From: a virus
Lineage: Duplodnaviria; Caudoviricetes
Virus record (IMG/VR): IMGVR_UViG_3300027121_000002
Span: 2,120-66,119 of that record
Direction: 5' to 3' (one strand)
Length of the DNA: 64,000 bases
Positions 8,018-19,055 of this stretch are shown here, one piece after another. The stretch's first letter is position 1; each line of letters opens with the position of its first letter. The notes under the pieces are model-generated. The model did no database searches. It was given only the letters and a program-made list of their open reading frames with translations, and was not told where the DNA came from. A program made the position numbers and the translations under genes.

Positions 8018-8941
8018 TCAAAATATTCCAACTGCAGAAACTGATTCATATATCTCAGATTTAATATCATCTTCATATATGAAATTCCAATTTTTTAACT
8101 TTGGACAAGTCATCATATCCATAAAAATATTAGAAGAGTCCTCAGATATACATTTTCTTGCTGGTTCTCTCCTTCCATAAGTATGAAAATGTATTTCAAC
8201 TTGTTTCATAAGATTTTTATACTGAAGATGATAAGAAATCAATGCAGTGGAATTTTCCAACAAATGCACTTCTTCTGCATTTTCAATAACTTTAATTATA
8301 TCAAAATAATTTTGAGCAATATCATTAATATTCAAAATATATAAATCTTTATTTTTTATATATTTCCTATTTAATAAATTATTTCCATATTCAGAAATCA
8401 CAATATATTTTTCTGGTAAATTTAAACTTTCAAAAAAATTATTTTCACTTTCAATATTTCTTTCGTAATAAAAATAATCAAGTCTATAATTTTTAGGAAT
8501 ACCAGCAGCACAATAAAATGCTGTTGCATTATTTTCTAAAACTGGTTTAGATTCAACAAAAAATTGGCATGGATCCCCTTCCAATCTAAACCACTTTGGA
8601 TCTATTTGAATTATGGGCAATCCCAGTTTAAGTCCCAATTGATTAAACATATTATAATGATTTTCCACTGTTGGTGCAGATGGATTATCACCTGTTTTTA
8701 AATCCAAATAATCATAATCGTTATTATAATTGATATAATCCATCATTTCACTGGATCCAATAACTTTGATCCTGGAATTGTCTTTATATAAATCGTTAAT
8801 AAAGTTATAGTTTCCACCATCCCCTATTATATTAACTTCTTCATATTTTGTGGACAAAAATCTAGCCATTCCAGAAACACTGATCCAGTCACCATATCCA
8901 CAATATTGATTGATAAAGATTTTTTTATTTAAGTTTTCCAT
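8018..8941 (-). CDS. Putative glycosyltransferase-like protein (paralog of 8943..9737)
   Basis: GYGDW; YFYYERN..SE; IENAEEVH shared with neighbour. Confidence 0.55.
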   Translation of the reverse strand: MENLNKKIFINQYCGYGDWISVSGMARFLSTKYEEVNIIGDGGNYNFINDLYKDNSRIKVIGSSEMMDYINYNNDYDYLDLKTGDNPSAPTVENHYNMFNQLGLKLGLPIIQIDPKWFRLEGDPCQFFVESKPVLENNATAFYCAAGIPKNYRLDYFYYERNIESENNFFESLNLPEKYIVISEYGNNLLNRKYIKNKDLYILNINDIAQNYFDIIKVIENAEEVHLLENSTALISYHLQYKNLMKQVEIHFHTYGRREPARKCISEDSSNIFMDMMTCPKLKNWNFIYEDDIKSEIYESVSAVGIF

Positions 8942-8942
8942 T

Positions 8943-9737
8943 TCAATTTACTCCTTTTGAATTTATAATTAAATAATTATTATTATTGCTAGTTGGTTTT
9001 TTTTGTAAATAATTTCTCAAGTATGAATGAATATAAATTTTTGGTTTTGATAATTTTATTGATTGGATAAACTCTAAAAAAGCAGTTTCAATAGTATGAA
9101 TTTCTTCTGCATTTTCTAATATTTTACAATAATTAAACATTAGAAAATTTTCATCATTATAATTTAATTTTTTATTATATTTAATAATTTTATATTTTTT
9201 TGGTAAATTATTTTCATCGATTATTAAATTGCCCAAATGGTGCTCTGAGTCGTCAATAACAAAAATATATTTTTCGTTATTTGGATTCAATTTATTATAA
9301 ACATATTCTTCAGATTGAAGATTTCTTTGGTAATAAAATTCAGAAAATCTTATTTTTGGATTTAAATTGAACATTGTATAAAATCCTTCATAAAAAGGAA
9401 TTCCTGGATTTTTTATAGTAAGTTCATATTCCAATCTTTCAAATCCAATTTCTATAATATCATTTTCTATTCCATTTGATGAAATAAAATTTTTACAAAT
9501 TCCAACAGATACTGCTGGATCATTTTCTGAATTAATAAAACTTAAATTTTTAATATCTCTAAACATATATTCAATTGATGCATGATAAGGATCTGCAGTA
9601 AAGTACACAACTTCATCATACATTTTACAAAAATTTCTAACCAATGCATTGCAAATTATAGCATCTCCCAATCCAAAATGAGGTAAAATATATTTTTTAG
9701 TCATATCCATTACAATTGATAAGGATAATCTGTACAA
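8943..9737 (-). CDS. Putative glycosyltransferase-like protein
   Basis: HFGLGDAIICN; FYYQRN..SE; LENAEEIH. Confidence 0.55.
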   Translation of the reverse strand: MYRLSLSIVMDMTKKYILPHFGLGDAIICNALVRNFCKMYDEVVYFTADPYHASIEYMFRDIKNLSFINSENDPAVSVGICKNFISSNGIENDIIEIGFERLEYELTIKNPGIPFYEGFYTMFNLNPKIRFSEFYYQRNLQSEEYVYNKLNPNNEKYIFVIDDSEHHLGNLIIDENNLPKKYKIIKYNKKLNYNDENFLMFNYCKILENAEEIHTIETAFLEFIQSIKLSKPKIYIHSYLRNYLQKKPTSNNNNYLIINSKGVN

Positions 9738-10165
9738 ATACCAAAGACCATAGAAAAATTTTTATATTTTTTAATGTCCATATCATCAATAAGTGGTATA
9801 ATTACATTTTCATCTATTTTCATGGAAAGATCATGTAACCAAATCTTTCCATTTGAAGTATAAGTAAAGGGATCTTGAGTATGACAGAATGCTTGATATA
9901 TCCAGCATTCTTTTGCTGCTTCAAGATTTTTACAGTGAATCCAAAGGTAATCTTTACGTTTATCTAACCAATTATGATCCACTTTATATTGGGGTTCATC
10001 ATGTCCTAACCACAAATCACCATCAATCAAACGAACATCAATCTCTACATCATATCCATTACCAATAGCACAGTCAATATAACTTGGTCGATTTTCCCTA
10101 TCAAGTACTGGTCCCCGAATGTTTCCACGATGAGAAATAATCTTCATAGTATTTTCTATTCCCAA
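9710..10165 (-). CDS. GDPD/PI-PLC-like phosphodiesterase
   Basis: IISHRGN, EN, DVEIDV, LGHD, WIHCKN, GICTDY. Confidence 0.75.
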   Translation of the reverse strand: MGIENTMKIISHRGNIRGPVLDRENRPSYIDCAIGNGYDVEIDVRLIDGDLWLGHDEPQYKVDHNWLDKRKDYLWIHCKNLEAAKECWIYQAFCHTQDPFTYTSNGKIWLHDLSMKIDENVIIPLIDDMDIKKYKNFSMVFGICTDYPYQL

Positions 10166-10803
10166 GGTACAGCATCAAAATATTTTGAATTATATGAAAC
10201 AATATTACACCAAGTCCAAGTATCTTGTCTACTCTCAATAGGTACAAGATTAGGACTGCCGTGAAACATATAATAAAAATTTTCAAATCCATACTTTTCA
10301 AGTTCTGTAAGCATATTATCAAGATTATCACCAACTTCTTCTTGACCAGGACCATATTCAAATTGAATAATTTTTACATTATTCATTTTTTCACCAAAAC
10401 CACGAAAAACATATGTTTCCATACATTCCACATCTATTTTTAGAAAATCAACTTCATCAATATTATTTTCTTCCATATAAGTATCTGCCCTCTTTACAAG
10501 ACAAAATTCACATTCTTCCCCAGAAGATGAACGTTTAACTAATGAGTAGGTATTTGGATAAAATTCAATAGTATCTTCAACATCACTTAATCCAAATACA
10601 TTAAAAAATGATTTGCTATTATTATTAGGTTGCAACTTTAATGCATCAATATATGGTTGATATGGGTCAAAATAATGAACTACCCCATTAAATTGCGTAT
10701 ATATTGATTCAGTCCATGTTCCAACATCAAACATTACATTAACAAGTTTTGAAATTTTATCAAAAAATTTTTTTTCTGAGTCGTATCCATTTTCATGTGT
10801 CAT
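10156..10803 (-). CDS. FkbM-family methyltransferase
   Basis: FDVG; VDFLKIDVE...VFRG...IIQFEYG. Confidence 0.85.
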   Translation of the reverse strand: MTHENGYDSEKKFFDKISKLVNVMFDVGTWTESIYTQFNGVVHYFDPYQPYIDALKLQPNNNSKSFFNVFGLSDVEDTIEFYPNTYSLVKRSSSGEECEFCLVKRADTYMEENNIDEVDFLKIDVECMETYVFRGFGEKMNNVKIIQFEYGPGQEEVGDNLDNMLTELEKYGFENFYYMFHGSPNLVPIESRQDTWTWCNIVSYNSKYFDAVPWE

Positions 10804-11111
10804 AATTCTTCAATTCGTAGTGATTTATCTTCAATAAAAAGGTCATAAAATGGTTTGTCCACTCTCAATTCATGGTATTTTGCACCCCAATCATTAAGTT
10901 GTTTTTTAGTCAAATCCATCCAATCAATCTGTTTCCTACTTCCACGAGCAGTCCAATAAACTATCGTGTGACCTTGATTATATAGTTTATTAATCTTCTC
11001 TATATTTTCTATAATAGGTTTTGCTTTGCTGTAATCATGAGTTGTCCCAAAATCCACAGAAGTTTCTCGATGACAAATAGTTTCATCAATATCAACATAA
11101 ATTACTTTCAT
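10800..11111 (-). CDS. HAD-family phosphatase (capsule biosynthesis type)
   Basis: DIDETIC, YWTARG, KP.YDLFIEDK. Confidence 0.85.
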   Translation of the reverse strand: MKVIYVDIDETICHRETSVDFGTTHDYSKAKPIIENIEKINKLYNQGHTIVYWTARGSRKQIDWMDLTKKQLNDWGAKYHELRVDKPFYDLFIEDKSLRIEEL

Positions 11112-11773
11112 TGGTACATATTTCTCCTATAGTTTTCATTTGGACAAGTATCAACATCGGCAACTTCTTGTTTTGTAAGAAACTTAACTCCTCCCAATAA
11201 TTTTGCTCCATTAAAAATATCAGCAGATTTTTCACACATCAAAGTAGAAGCAGAACAATCTTTTTTAGATGTAGATGCTGTAATTATACCATGATTTTGT
11301 AGCAAGATCAACTTTGGAAAAAATCCTTCATGATCAAGAAACTTCGAGACATACTTCTCAACTAACTTAAGAATTGCTTCTCCTGGTGGAGCATAAGGAA
11401 CTACACAAGACTTTTTTCCATTTCTAACAATTTGATCAGGAAACCATCTATGTTCAGAAAAGTCGTGAATAGATTCTGAACAAAGAATCTTAGTTGTATG
11501 TGGAGGATGAGTATGTGCGATAAAATTAATATCAGGAAATGTCTTCATAATCCAAGCATGAAATGAAGTTTCAATACTTGGTTTCTTGTGGAGAAGTTCT
11601 ATCTGAGCACCATTTGTATTACATAATGTCAGGTCTTCTTCTGATAGTGTATGAAGACTTGTTCCACTTGCTTTAATGAGGAATGTATTTTCATCTACTC
11701 TTACCGATACATTACCTTCACCACAGATAGTATATTCACTAATTTCTCTTGCTAGTTCTAGTATTTCAGACAT
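11108..11773 (-). CDS. Class II aldolase/adducin family protein
   Basis: GEGNVS, KASG, KPSIE..FH, HTHP, LQNHG. Confidence 0.88.
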   Translation of the reverse strand: MSEILELAREISEYTICGEGNVSVRVDENTFLIKASGTSLHTLSEEDLTLCNTNGAQIELLHKKPSIETSFHAWIMKTFPDINFIAHTHPPHTTKILCSESIHDFSEHRWFPDQIVRNGKKSCVVPYAPPGEAILKLVEKYVSKFLDHEGFFPKLILLQNHGIITASTSKKDCSASTLMCEKSADIFNGAKLLGGVKFLTKQEVADVDTCPNENYRRNMYQ

Positions 11774-12884
11774 CTTTAATAAAAGTTTCTAGGGTATTTA
11801 GATTTACTCTCCAAGGAGAGTTTAGACCACCAGAGATAGAAAGAGAACCATTACTTTCTACACTTTCTTTTACTTTCTCTACAAACTCAGTATTATTGAA
11901 GTGGTGAAGTTGGGTGTGTGCCATTGAATATCCAAAACGAGTATTAACATCAAAGAACAAAGGACTATTAATAGAAATAACTTTTGTTTCTGGTGGTGAG
12001 AAGATTACATTACACATACCACCACCAATTGGTCCAGCAACATACTTTGCAGAGTTGAATAAACCAATCTTCTCTCTCATCGTCATATTTTCACAAAAAA
12101 CTTCTTCATATCCATAAGACTTGAACAGTTCTGCAACTTCATCCTCATTTACACAACGACGACGCTCAGTGTAATTAGTTCCAATATTTTCTAGATTATT
12201 ATGCAACCAAGTGCGCCGTGAGATATAAATCTTCTCTGGACCCTGATATTCACCCTTCATACGATTGATAATATCAAATACACCAGGATGTGGTGGACTA
12301 TTTGAAAGACCATTGTGAGTCAAGGAAGACCCAACTACAACAGTATTATAGAGAGTCTCTGGATTCAAAAATACAACATCTTTTCTACGAATACCTAGAA
12401 GTTCTAATGACTCCCATACAAATGGGTAAAGGTCATATTTGCCTTCTGGTGGACTTACAAGAAGTTTAAGGTCTGGATGTATTTCCTTTTCATTAAAATA
12501 TGAATACAAATAGGGCAAAGTATCATAAATGAAATGATAATAGTTTGCCATATTATACACAAAGTAAAATACAGGAACTGAGCAGAAGTCCTTAAAATGA
12601 AAAGGAAGTTCTACTTCATATTCCATCGTTTCTTCATAAAAAGTTCCCCTACCAAGAGACATAAACATTTCTTTGGTGGGAAGAGTCAGTCTTCCAGTTT
12701 GATGAGAGTAAATTAACGGTTGCGGATAATACTTCGATAAACCTGCAAATTGGCAAGAGAAAAAGTATGCTACTTCAATATCTCTTCCATTTTCATCCTT
12801 TTCTTTTAGAAGTCTCGTTCTTCCAGAATTCCAGTATTCAATTGGTAAAATAGTCTTTTGAGTAATCATAAGGATGCCAATCAA
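11766..12884 (-). CDS. Glycosyltransferase 61 (DUF563)-like protein
   Basis: NYYHF, KIYISR, RRCVNEDE, GP.GGGMCN.IF. Confidence 0.75.
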   Translation of the reverse strand: MIGILMITQKTILPIEYWNSGRTRLLKEKDENGRDIEVAYFFSCQFAGLSKYYPQPLIYSHQTGRLTLPTKEMFMSLGRGTFYEETMEYEVELPFHFKDFCSVPVFYFVYNMANYYHFIYDTLPYLYSYFNEKEIHPDLKLLVSPPEGKYDLYPFVWESLELLGIRRKDVVFLNPETLYNTVVVGSSLTHNGLSNSPPHPGVFDIINRMKGEYQGPEKIYISRRTWLHNNLENIGTNYTERRRCVNEDEVAELFKSYGYEEVFCENMTMREKIGLFNSAKYVAGPIGGGMCNVIFSPPETKVISINSPLFFDVNTRFGYSMAHTQLHHFNNTEFVEKVKESVESNGSLSISGGLNSPWRVNLNTLETFIKDV

Positions 12885-14391
12885 CTTTATTAAAAAATCT
12901 TTGCCAATATTGATAAGTCTTTAAATCATTTGGTGTTCCCCAACAAATATAATTATCAATCTCAAAATTCTTTACTTTATATCCAAGATTAATTGCTTCA
13001 TTTAACATACTATCAACATAAAATTCACCATTGGTTTTATTATCATTATCATATAAAGTTTTTAAAGAACTAAAAAAGATTTCCCTTGAACGGAAAAACA
13101 TAGTTCCAGTGATCGCAAACTCTTTTACAGGATCAGTTCCAGTAAATTTTTTAACATCAACTTGACTTACATTCCCATCTTCATCACATTTAACCCAAGA
13201 ATATGCCTCTGGTTGCAAATGACTCGTATAGTTGTTTCTATAAGTCCACACTATTATATCATTTTCATCATCTTCGACAAGTTCTAAAAACTTATCGGCA
13301 TCATAAAATACTCCATTATCACAAGCAGAAATTAAAACAGAGGAATCTGGATGGCATACATTAACTATTTGTTCAGTTGTACATGCTTGACCTTCCAGAA
13401 CTTCATCAATCCATACAGTATTTTGTCCAGGAGACTGATGACCTTTCAAACAAGCATAAATCACATCGTCTGTTTTAGGTAGACAACGAACTGCCTGATC
13501 TACCATATTCTTACCATTGACTTGAATAAATGGTTTTGATTCAATATATCCTTCTTTTGAGAACCGACTTCCAGCACCTGCCATTGGAAGAGCAAGAGTG
13601 CAATTTTTTAGTTTAACTTCTTTCTGCCCTTCTATTGCTTTACGATAATAGTTTGACCAACTATTATAAACATCAAGATCAAAAGGAGTTCCCCACTGAA
13701 GCATATGGGGAATCTCATACACACGATTATCTAAACCATCACGAATCAAAAGATTATAAACAAGACTTACATAATACTCACCATTAATGTTAATATCTTC
13801 ATCTATCAATTGCTTAAAGTATTTTTTAACATAACTACCTTTTCTAAAATAGTAGTTGCCAGTAGAAGCAAACTCATCCATTTTGTTATCTGTAAATGGT
13901 TGCTTCTCACGAACCTCTAAAATCCCATTACTATCATCAGTTTTACAGAAAGCATAATTATCACTTCCAAGCATATGAGGATGAAATCCAGTGTAGCAAA
14001 CTACACATCCATCACATTCGGTTGTATCGACAAATTCCTTAAAGTACTTATAATCCCAATACATTGAAAAATCACAATAATTAATGACAACCTGTTCATT
14101 ATCATCAATTAAATTTTCAAATTCAGATACTGAGAATACAGGACCTTTTTTATGTTTAGGTATCGTTACTATTGTTTTTATATCTACTAATTTTTCTAAA
14201 ACATCTACAATATTTGTTTCTTCTTTATGTTTATCATTAATAATAAAAACAAAGTGAGAGTCTTGCGGATAAAGACGAACAATATGTTCTATTACCTTTC
14301 TGCCATCAACTTCAATCAAATATTTTGGCAACGTATATCCAGCAGAAGAAAATCTGCTGCTCATACCAGACATTGGAATAATTATCTTCAT
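12838..14391 (-). CDS. Tandem (double-domain) sugar-phosphate nucleotidyltransferase
   Basis: IIIPMSGMSSRF..PK and LALPMAGAGSRF..KP; two GE(Y/F)YV...WGTP motifs. Confidence 0.85.
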   Translation of the reverse strand: MKIIIPMSGMSSRFSSAGYTLPKYLIEVDGRKVIEHIVRLYPQDSHFVFIINDKHKEETNIVDVLEKLVDIKTIVTIPKHKKGPVFSVSEFENLIDDNEQVVINYCDFSMYWDYKYFKEFVDTTECDGCVVCYTGFHPHMLGSDNYAFCKTDDSNGILEVREKQPFTDNKMDEFASTGNYYFRKGSYVKKYFKQLIDEDININGEYYVSLVYNLLIRDGLDNRVYEIPHMLQWGTPFDLDVYNSWSNYYRKAIEGQKEVKLKNCTLALPMAGAGSRFSKEGYIESKPFIQVNGKNMVDQAVRCLPKTDDVIYACLKGHQSPGQNTVWIDEVLEGQACTTEQIVNVCHPDSSVLISACDNGVFYDADKFLELVEDDENDIIVWTYRNNYTSHLQPEAYSWVKCDEDGNVSQVDVKKFTGTDPVKEFAITGTMFFRSREIFFSSLKTLYDNDNKTNGEFYVDSMLNEAINLGYKVKNFEIDNYICWGTPNDLKTYQYWQRFFNKVDWHPYDYSKDYFTN

Positions 14392-14394
14392 ATC

Positions 14395-15087
14395 TTATAT
14401 TTTTTTATTCCAATAATTGTTCTCATAATCAATTTGTTGAATATCATTGTGTTTAAAATTATCTTCTTTCAAGATAGTTCTCACCCAAACATAAGAAGGA
14501 CCTTCAATATTTATCTCTATTCTACCATTTGTGTCGTGTGACTCTATCTTCATGATATCATCATGCCTGTGAACACTAGCAATATAAATTTCAGTATCAG
14601 AATAACCGTTTTTTTCAGAATACAATGATAAAAATAATTCGGGAGAAAATTGCCAAAATCCATGCCCACATTGATTATTTGCTGGCAACGAATGGATAAT
14701 TTGCCCTCCAGGTTTACACATTAAAGATACATTTTTTAATGCTTGATTTATATTAAATATATGTTCTAAACTTCCACCATCAAAAATTGTGTCATATTTT
14801 TGCATACTATTTTCAATTGGAATGTTCATGTCATGAACTATTGTACACCCTTCATAATCACAATAATCAATAGAATCTACTTTAGTAGAACCATAATTAC
14901 TAATAAATACATTCTCACAATAACTTTCACCACATTTAATCCCACTTAGAGAGTTATCTTCTAAAAGATATTTTAATTGTTCCTCATGTACAAAAATTGT
15001 CTGCCTGCCAATCGTTAATGTATCCTTAAAATCACCATATTGATGGCAATGATTTAATAATCTAATATTTTGAATATCAAGTCCCAT
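14395..15087 (-). CDS. SAM-dependent methyltransferase-like protein
   Basis: YDTIFDGGSLEHIFN..LMCKPGG..HGFWQFSPE. Confidence 0.75.
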   Translation of the reverse strand: MGLDIQNIRLLNHCHQYGDFKDTLTIGRQTIFVHEEQLKYLLEDNSLSGIKCGESYCENVFISNYGSTKVDSIDYCDYEGCTIVHDMNIPIENSMQKYDTIFDGGSLEHIFNINQALKNVSLMCKPGGQIIHSLPANNQCGHGFWQFSPELFLSLYSEKNGYSDTEIYIASVHRHDDIMKIESHDTNGRIEINIEGPSYVWVRTILKEDNFKHNDIQQIDYENNYWNKKI

Positions 15088-15122
15088 TTTAATCTCCAGA
15101 TTTTTTTTTAATTATCAAAATT

Positions 15123-15911
15123 TCATATTAATTTGTTCTTAGGTTTCCAATCAAATACATTTAATGCTCTACGGGGTTCTACATGAAGATAAGATTTAAC
15201 CTGTTTTTTGGAAAGTTTAAGACTTAAATATCCCGATGAAGTAACTATATCCAAAAGTTGTTTAATGGTCAAGCTTTGAGATCCAACTACAAACATATCA
15301 TGTTTGATATGAAAATTTTTTTCTATACACTTTTCAATTAAATCCACTAAATCATCAACATGTATTATATCTATTCTAGTATCAAAATTTGTATATAAAT
15401 CTATGACATTATTTGTATTTACACTACTAAGAAGTTTATCAACTAAACCATTAATTCTATTTGATGGTAGTGATTTTCCTCCCCACACATTAGATACTCT
15501 TAATGAAAGTGTATTACACTCAACTGTTTTTAAAATATTTTCAACTTGTAATTTAAGATCACCATAAAGGGTATTTGGATTTACCAATGAATTTTCATCA
15601 ACTGTTTTTTCATGATTTACATATAAACCACCAGCAGTAGAAATAAAAATAATTTTTCCATTTGGATTTTTCTTTGAATAAAAATCAAATATTTTTTTAC
15701 TATTAATTACATCATTTTTTACAAATTTTTCAAATTCATCATAAGTATTTCTTGTAGTTGAAGACCATGCCAAATGAATAAGACATGAATTTTCATGAGT
15801 CTCAAATACATCTTGAGGTTTATCTCGATATGAAACTTTAGTAACAGGTTGTTTACATAACTCTAAAAATCTTTTACCAATTAGACCACTACATCCAGTA
15901 ACGTAAATCAT
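15123..15911 (-). CDS. NAD-dependent epimerase/dehydratase
   Basis: TGCSGLIG, YGDLK, RVSNVWG. Confidence 0.85.
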   Translation of the reverse strand: MIYVTGCSGLIGKRFLELCKQPVTKVSYRDKPQDVFETHENSCLIHLAWSSTTRNTYDEFEKFVKNDVINSKKIFDFYSKKNPNGKIIFISTAGGLYVNHEKTVDENSLVNPNTLYGDLKLQVENILKTVECNTLSLRVSNVWGGKSLPSNRINGLVDKLLSSVNTNNVIDLYTNFDTRIDIIHVDDLVDLIEKCIEKNFHIKHDMFVVGSQSLTIKQLLDIVTSSGYLSLKLSKKQVKSYLHVEPRRALNVFDWKPKNKLI

Positions 15912-15920
15912 AAAATGCCT

Positions 15921-16652
15921 CTATCGTATTCTTGTTGCCCATATTGGGTATTCTTTTCCATCAATATTCCAATTTGGATGCCAATATGTTTCATCCGAAA
16001 TACAATAAAAATTATATTTTTTGCTTATTAAAGAAAAAATAGATTGATCAAATCTATGCTCTCCATTAAAAGTTTTATGATTTGGTATTGATGATTCAGA
16101 ATCATCAATATAATGATAATTATTTTCTATGCTTATTAATTTACACTCATCGATAATAAATCTATTTTCTTTAGTATTCTTTAAAAAATATGTGGTTGAA
16201 CATCTTTGCCCTGTATGAAAATGGGTTTCATCATTTGGAAATATTTTAAAGTATGTATCCGATTTTGTATATTCACTTTCTTTTAAATGATTCATACAAA
16301 AACAAAGAGAACCGTTATTCATTACCATAGAATAATATTCACCCAATCTTAATTTTCCTTCAATATTAAAAGTACATCCAATGTCAGCATATAAAATAAC
16401 ATCATCTTCAGGAATTGATTTCATCAACTCTGATATTAAAAAAAATTTCCAAATCCAAAAACCATATGCTCTCGTAGATTCCATAAATTTTTTATGTTCT
16501 AAAAGATCACTACAATAAGAAAAACAATTTTTTTCAGAAAATAAATTAATAGTTTTAAAAACTCCTAGATTTAATGCTTCACTGTAAAATCTATTTCTAG
16601 TATAAGCATAATTTTGTTCTGGTGAACAAAAAGAAATTAAGTGAAGATTCAT
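15921..16652 (-). CDS. Glycosyltransferase-like protein
   Basis: GFWIWK, LYADIGC, EHRFDQSIFS. Confidence 0.7.
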   Translation of the reverse strand: MNLHLISFCSPEQNYAYTRNRFYSEALNLGVFKTINLFSEKNCFSYCSDLLEHKKFMESTRAYGFWIWKFFLISELMKSIPEDDVILYADIGCTFNIEGKLRLGEYYSMVMNNGSLCFCMNHLKESEYTKSDTYFKIFPNDETHFHTGQRCSTTYFLKNTKENRFIIDECKLISIENNYHYIDDSESSIPNHKTFNGEHRFDQSIFSLISKKYNFYCISDETYWHPNWNIDGKEYPIWATRIR

Positions 16653-17503
16653 TTTAAACTACCAATAAAGAATTTTCTAATTGGATCTAAGGATACTTTA
16701 TCCAAAAATAAAGGTTGGTTTTTAAATTCATTGTAAAGTTTATCGTTGTTATCAATTTCAATAACTTTTTCAAGCATTTCTTCCATAGACATATTTAATG
16801 TATTAATGCAACATTTTTCATTAAAATCTTCAGACAATTTCTCATCAGCATAATAAATTGGTATATTTCCAGCAAGTTTTGCATGAAAAAGTTTTTCGGT
16901 AAAATATCCAGGATGTATAGAATGTTCAAAACATATTGAAAATTTATAATCAGAAATCAAATCCATTTTTTGTTTTTCACCATCTGGCAATACCATACAA
17001 TTTTGATACTTTCCATAAACATCTACTTTTTTATAGGTATTCAAAGTATTAATGGCATCAATTCTATTTTGTACTCCTCTCCCAAATACAATTGAACAGA
17101 ATTTATTTTTCTCTTTTACTGTAAATTCATTATCACCATACAAATAATTTTCAGGAATTAAATACTCTGGATTACTATATGTTCCAACATTAAACCAATC
17201 AATATGCATCATCCACAAAGGAAATCTAAAATTTTTTCCTCCATATGAATCAAAATCAAATGTCAAAGAATAATCAAAAACTTTTAAATTTGGTCTTACA
17301 TTTTCTCCAGCATATTGAATTCTAATGCAATCCTTGAATCTAGTATAATCAACACCAAACCCCAAAGAAAAAATCACATCAGCATCTTCTGGATCAGATA
17401 CACTTACATTTTCAAATATTTGACGTAATAAATGCAAAAAGAAATTATTATGAGGATCAAATGAATTTGGATATTCCCAATAATCTAAAAATGCTATTTT
17501 CAT
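16649..17503 (-). CDS. GT10 alpha-1,3-fucosyltransferase-like protein
   Basis: GENVRP; YKFSICFE...GYFTEK.....GNIPIY. Confidence 0.88.
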   Translation of the reverse strand: MKIAFLDYWEYPNSFDPHNNFFLHLLRQIFENVSVSDPEDADVIFSLGFGVDYTRFKDCIRIQYAGENVRPNLKVFDYSLTFDFDSYGGKNFRFPLWMMHIDWFNVGTYSNPEYLIPENYLYGDNEFTVKEKNKFCSIVFGRGVQNRIDAINTLNTYKKVDVYGKYQNCMVLPDGEKQKMDLISDYKFSICFEHSIHPGYFTEKLFHAKLAGNIPIYYADEKLSEDFNEKCCINTLNMSMEEMLEKVIEIDNNDKLYNEFKNQPLFLDKVSLDPIRKFFIGSLK

Positions 17504-18144
17504 ATGTTTGGAACCTGAGTATGTACAATGCTAGACTTAAATAAACCAATCTCACTTTTTTGTTTTATTGATGGTTCGACCCAACCTATTTTTAAATTTT
17601 CTTTTTTAATTATCCAATTCAATTTATGATCTATTGGATAATTGATAATGTTTAAATTTTTAACTACTTTTTTTGATGCCTCTAAATTAAAAACCATTGC
17701 ATGAGCACATCTTGTCATTTGTCCAATCTCATAATAAACCATTTTATCAGGAAAAACATTTTTTGTCTGAATACCACAACAACTTCCTAGCATCATGGCA
17801 TCGAGTTTAGGTTCATGGTCAATGAACTCTTTCATGCACTTATTTAAATAATCTTCAAAATTATTTGGAAGATCAACATCATCTTCCAGTATCAATATGT
17901 TCTTGAAGTTATTTTTTACTTGCTGTTCGAAACAATATTGTTGTTTTAAATATATTGAAATCTCAGAATCATTAATACTTCCAACAACTCTTTTATATTC
18001 ATATTCAATTTCTTCGGGCAAAAAATTTTCCACCCACTCCACATCAACATTATTATCTAGAAAAAATTTTTGAAGATAAGATTTTCTTTCAAGTAAAGGT
18101 TTATGGTGGCAAATAAAAATTTTATCAATAATTTTTTTATTCAT
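17500..18144 (-). CDS. GT25-like glycosyltransferase
   Basis: ILILEDDV, PID motifs. Confidence 0.75.
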   Translation of the reverse strand: MNKKIIDKIFICHHKPLLERKSYLQKFFLDNNVDVEWVENFLPEEIEYEYKRVVGSINDSEISIYLKQQYCFEQQVKNNFKNILILEDDVDLPNNFEDYLNKCMKEFIDHEPKLDAMMLGSCCGIQTKNVFPDKMVYYEIGQMTRCAHAMVFNLEASKKVVKNLNIINYPIDHKLNWIIKKENLKIGWVEPSIKQKSEIGLFKSSIVHTQVPNI

Positions 18145-19054
18145 CTTTTTCAGTTAAAACATATTCTACAATATTTTTTGTAGTAAAGCAATCTATTACT
18201 TTTCTATATCCATTTTCTGCTATACGATTTCTTTCATAATCATTATTTAAATAAAATTTTATTTTTTCAAATGCTTCTTCTTTGGAAGAATAAAATACGA
18301 TTTCTTCATCTTCTTTAAAAATTTCATCCAATTGTTTATTTGGATTAAGTCTATCAGTAATTACCAATTTTTTACAAGACATTCCTTCAAAAATACGTCG
18401 AGTGACTTCACCATATCTTGCTTTTTGAAAAACTATTTTTCCATTTCTATAAAGATCAGCATTTTCAATATCTTTTAAATTATTTTTAAGATAAAAAGAA
18501 GATCCAAGTTTTTCTTGAAGGTAATTGACAACTTCACCTCTTTCTCCATACATTGATGTAACAACATCAAATGGTTCATATGAAGTAAAAGATGGATAAA
18601 AAATATTCAAATCAGTCCAATGTGAAGTAAATATTACATTATATCCCAAAGACTTATACTGCAAAAAGCATTCAACATCTGGTGTTAGTGTAAGATCCGC
18701 ATTTTTAGTTCTTTTTTGATTGTAATGCATAGTTTGTGGTTCATCACCACAATCAACAACTAACTTACTTTTTGGAAAATTTTTTTTATCAAATAATTCA
18801 TCAAGTGTAGGAAAAAATCCACATGACATCCAAAAAATAATATCAGGAATAAATTCATTTGAATCATAATATTTTTTCAATTCATTAAATCCAAAAGATG
18901 GGTCTGAACTAGGGTTTGGATACCACCTAACTTCATCAACTCTTGAATCAGTTTTAAATGCATCATAAATGCCTCTAGGTGTACTCCAAAATTTCTCTTG
19001 TCCATATTCCAAATATTCTTTAATAGAATAATCAGAAAGAATCGCAATTTTCAT
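18137..19054 (-). CDS. Glycosyltransferase (Glyco_trans_1_2/CgeB-like)
   Basis: RRIFEGMSC; F...EEIVFY; ERNRIAENGY. Confidence 0.8.
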   Translation of the reverse strand: MKIAILSDYSIKEYLEYGQEKFWSTPRGIYDAFKTDSRVDEVRWYPNPSSDPSFGFNELKKYYDSNEFIPDIIFWMSCGFFPTLDELFDKKNFPKSKLVVDCGDEPQTMHYNQKRTKNADLTLTPDVECFLQYKSLGYNVIFTSHWTDLNIFYPSFTSYEPFDVVTSMYGERGEVVNYLQEKLGSSFYLKNNLKDIENADLYRNGKIVFQKARYGEVTRRIFEGMSCKKLVITDRLNPNKQLDEIFKEDEEIVFYSSKEEAFEKIKFYLNNDYERNRIAENGYRKVIDCFTTKNIVEYVLTEKDE

Positions 19055-19055
19055 T

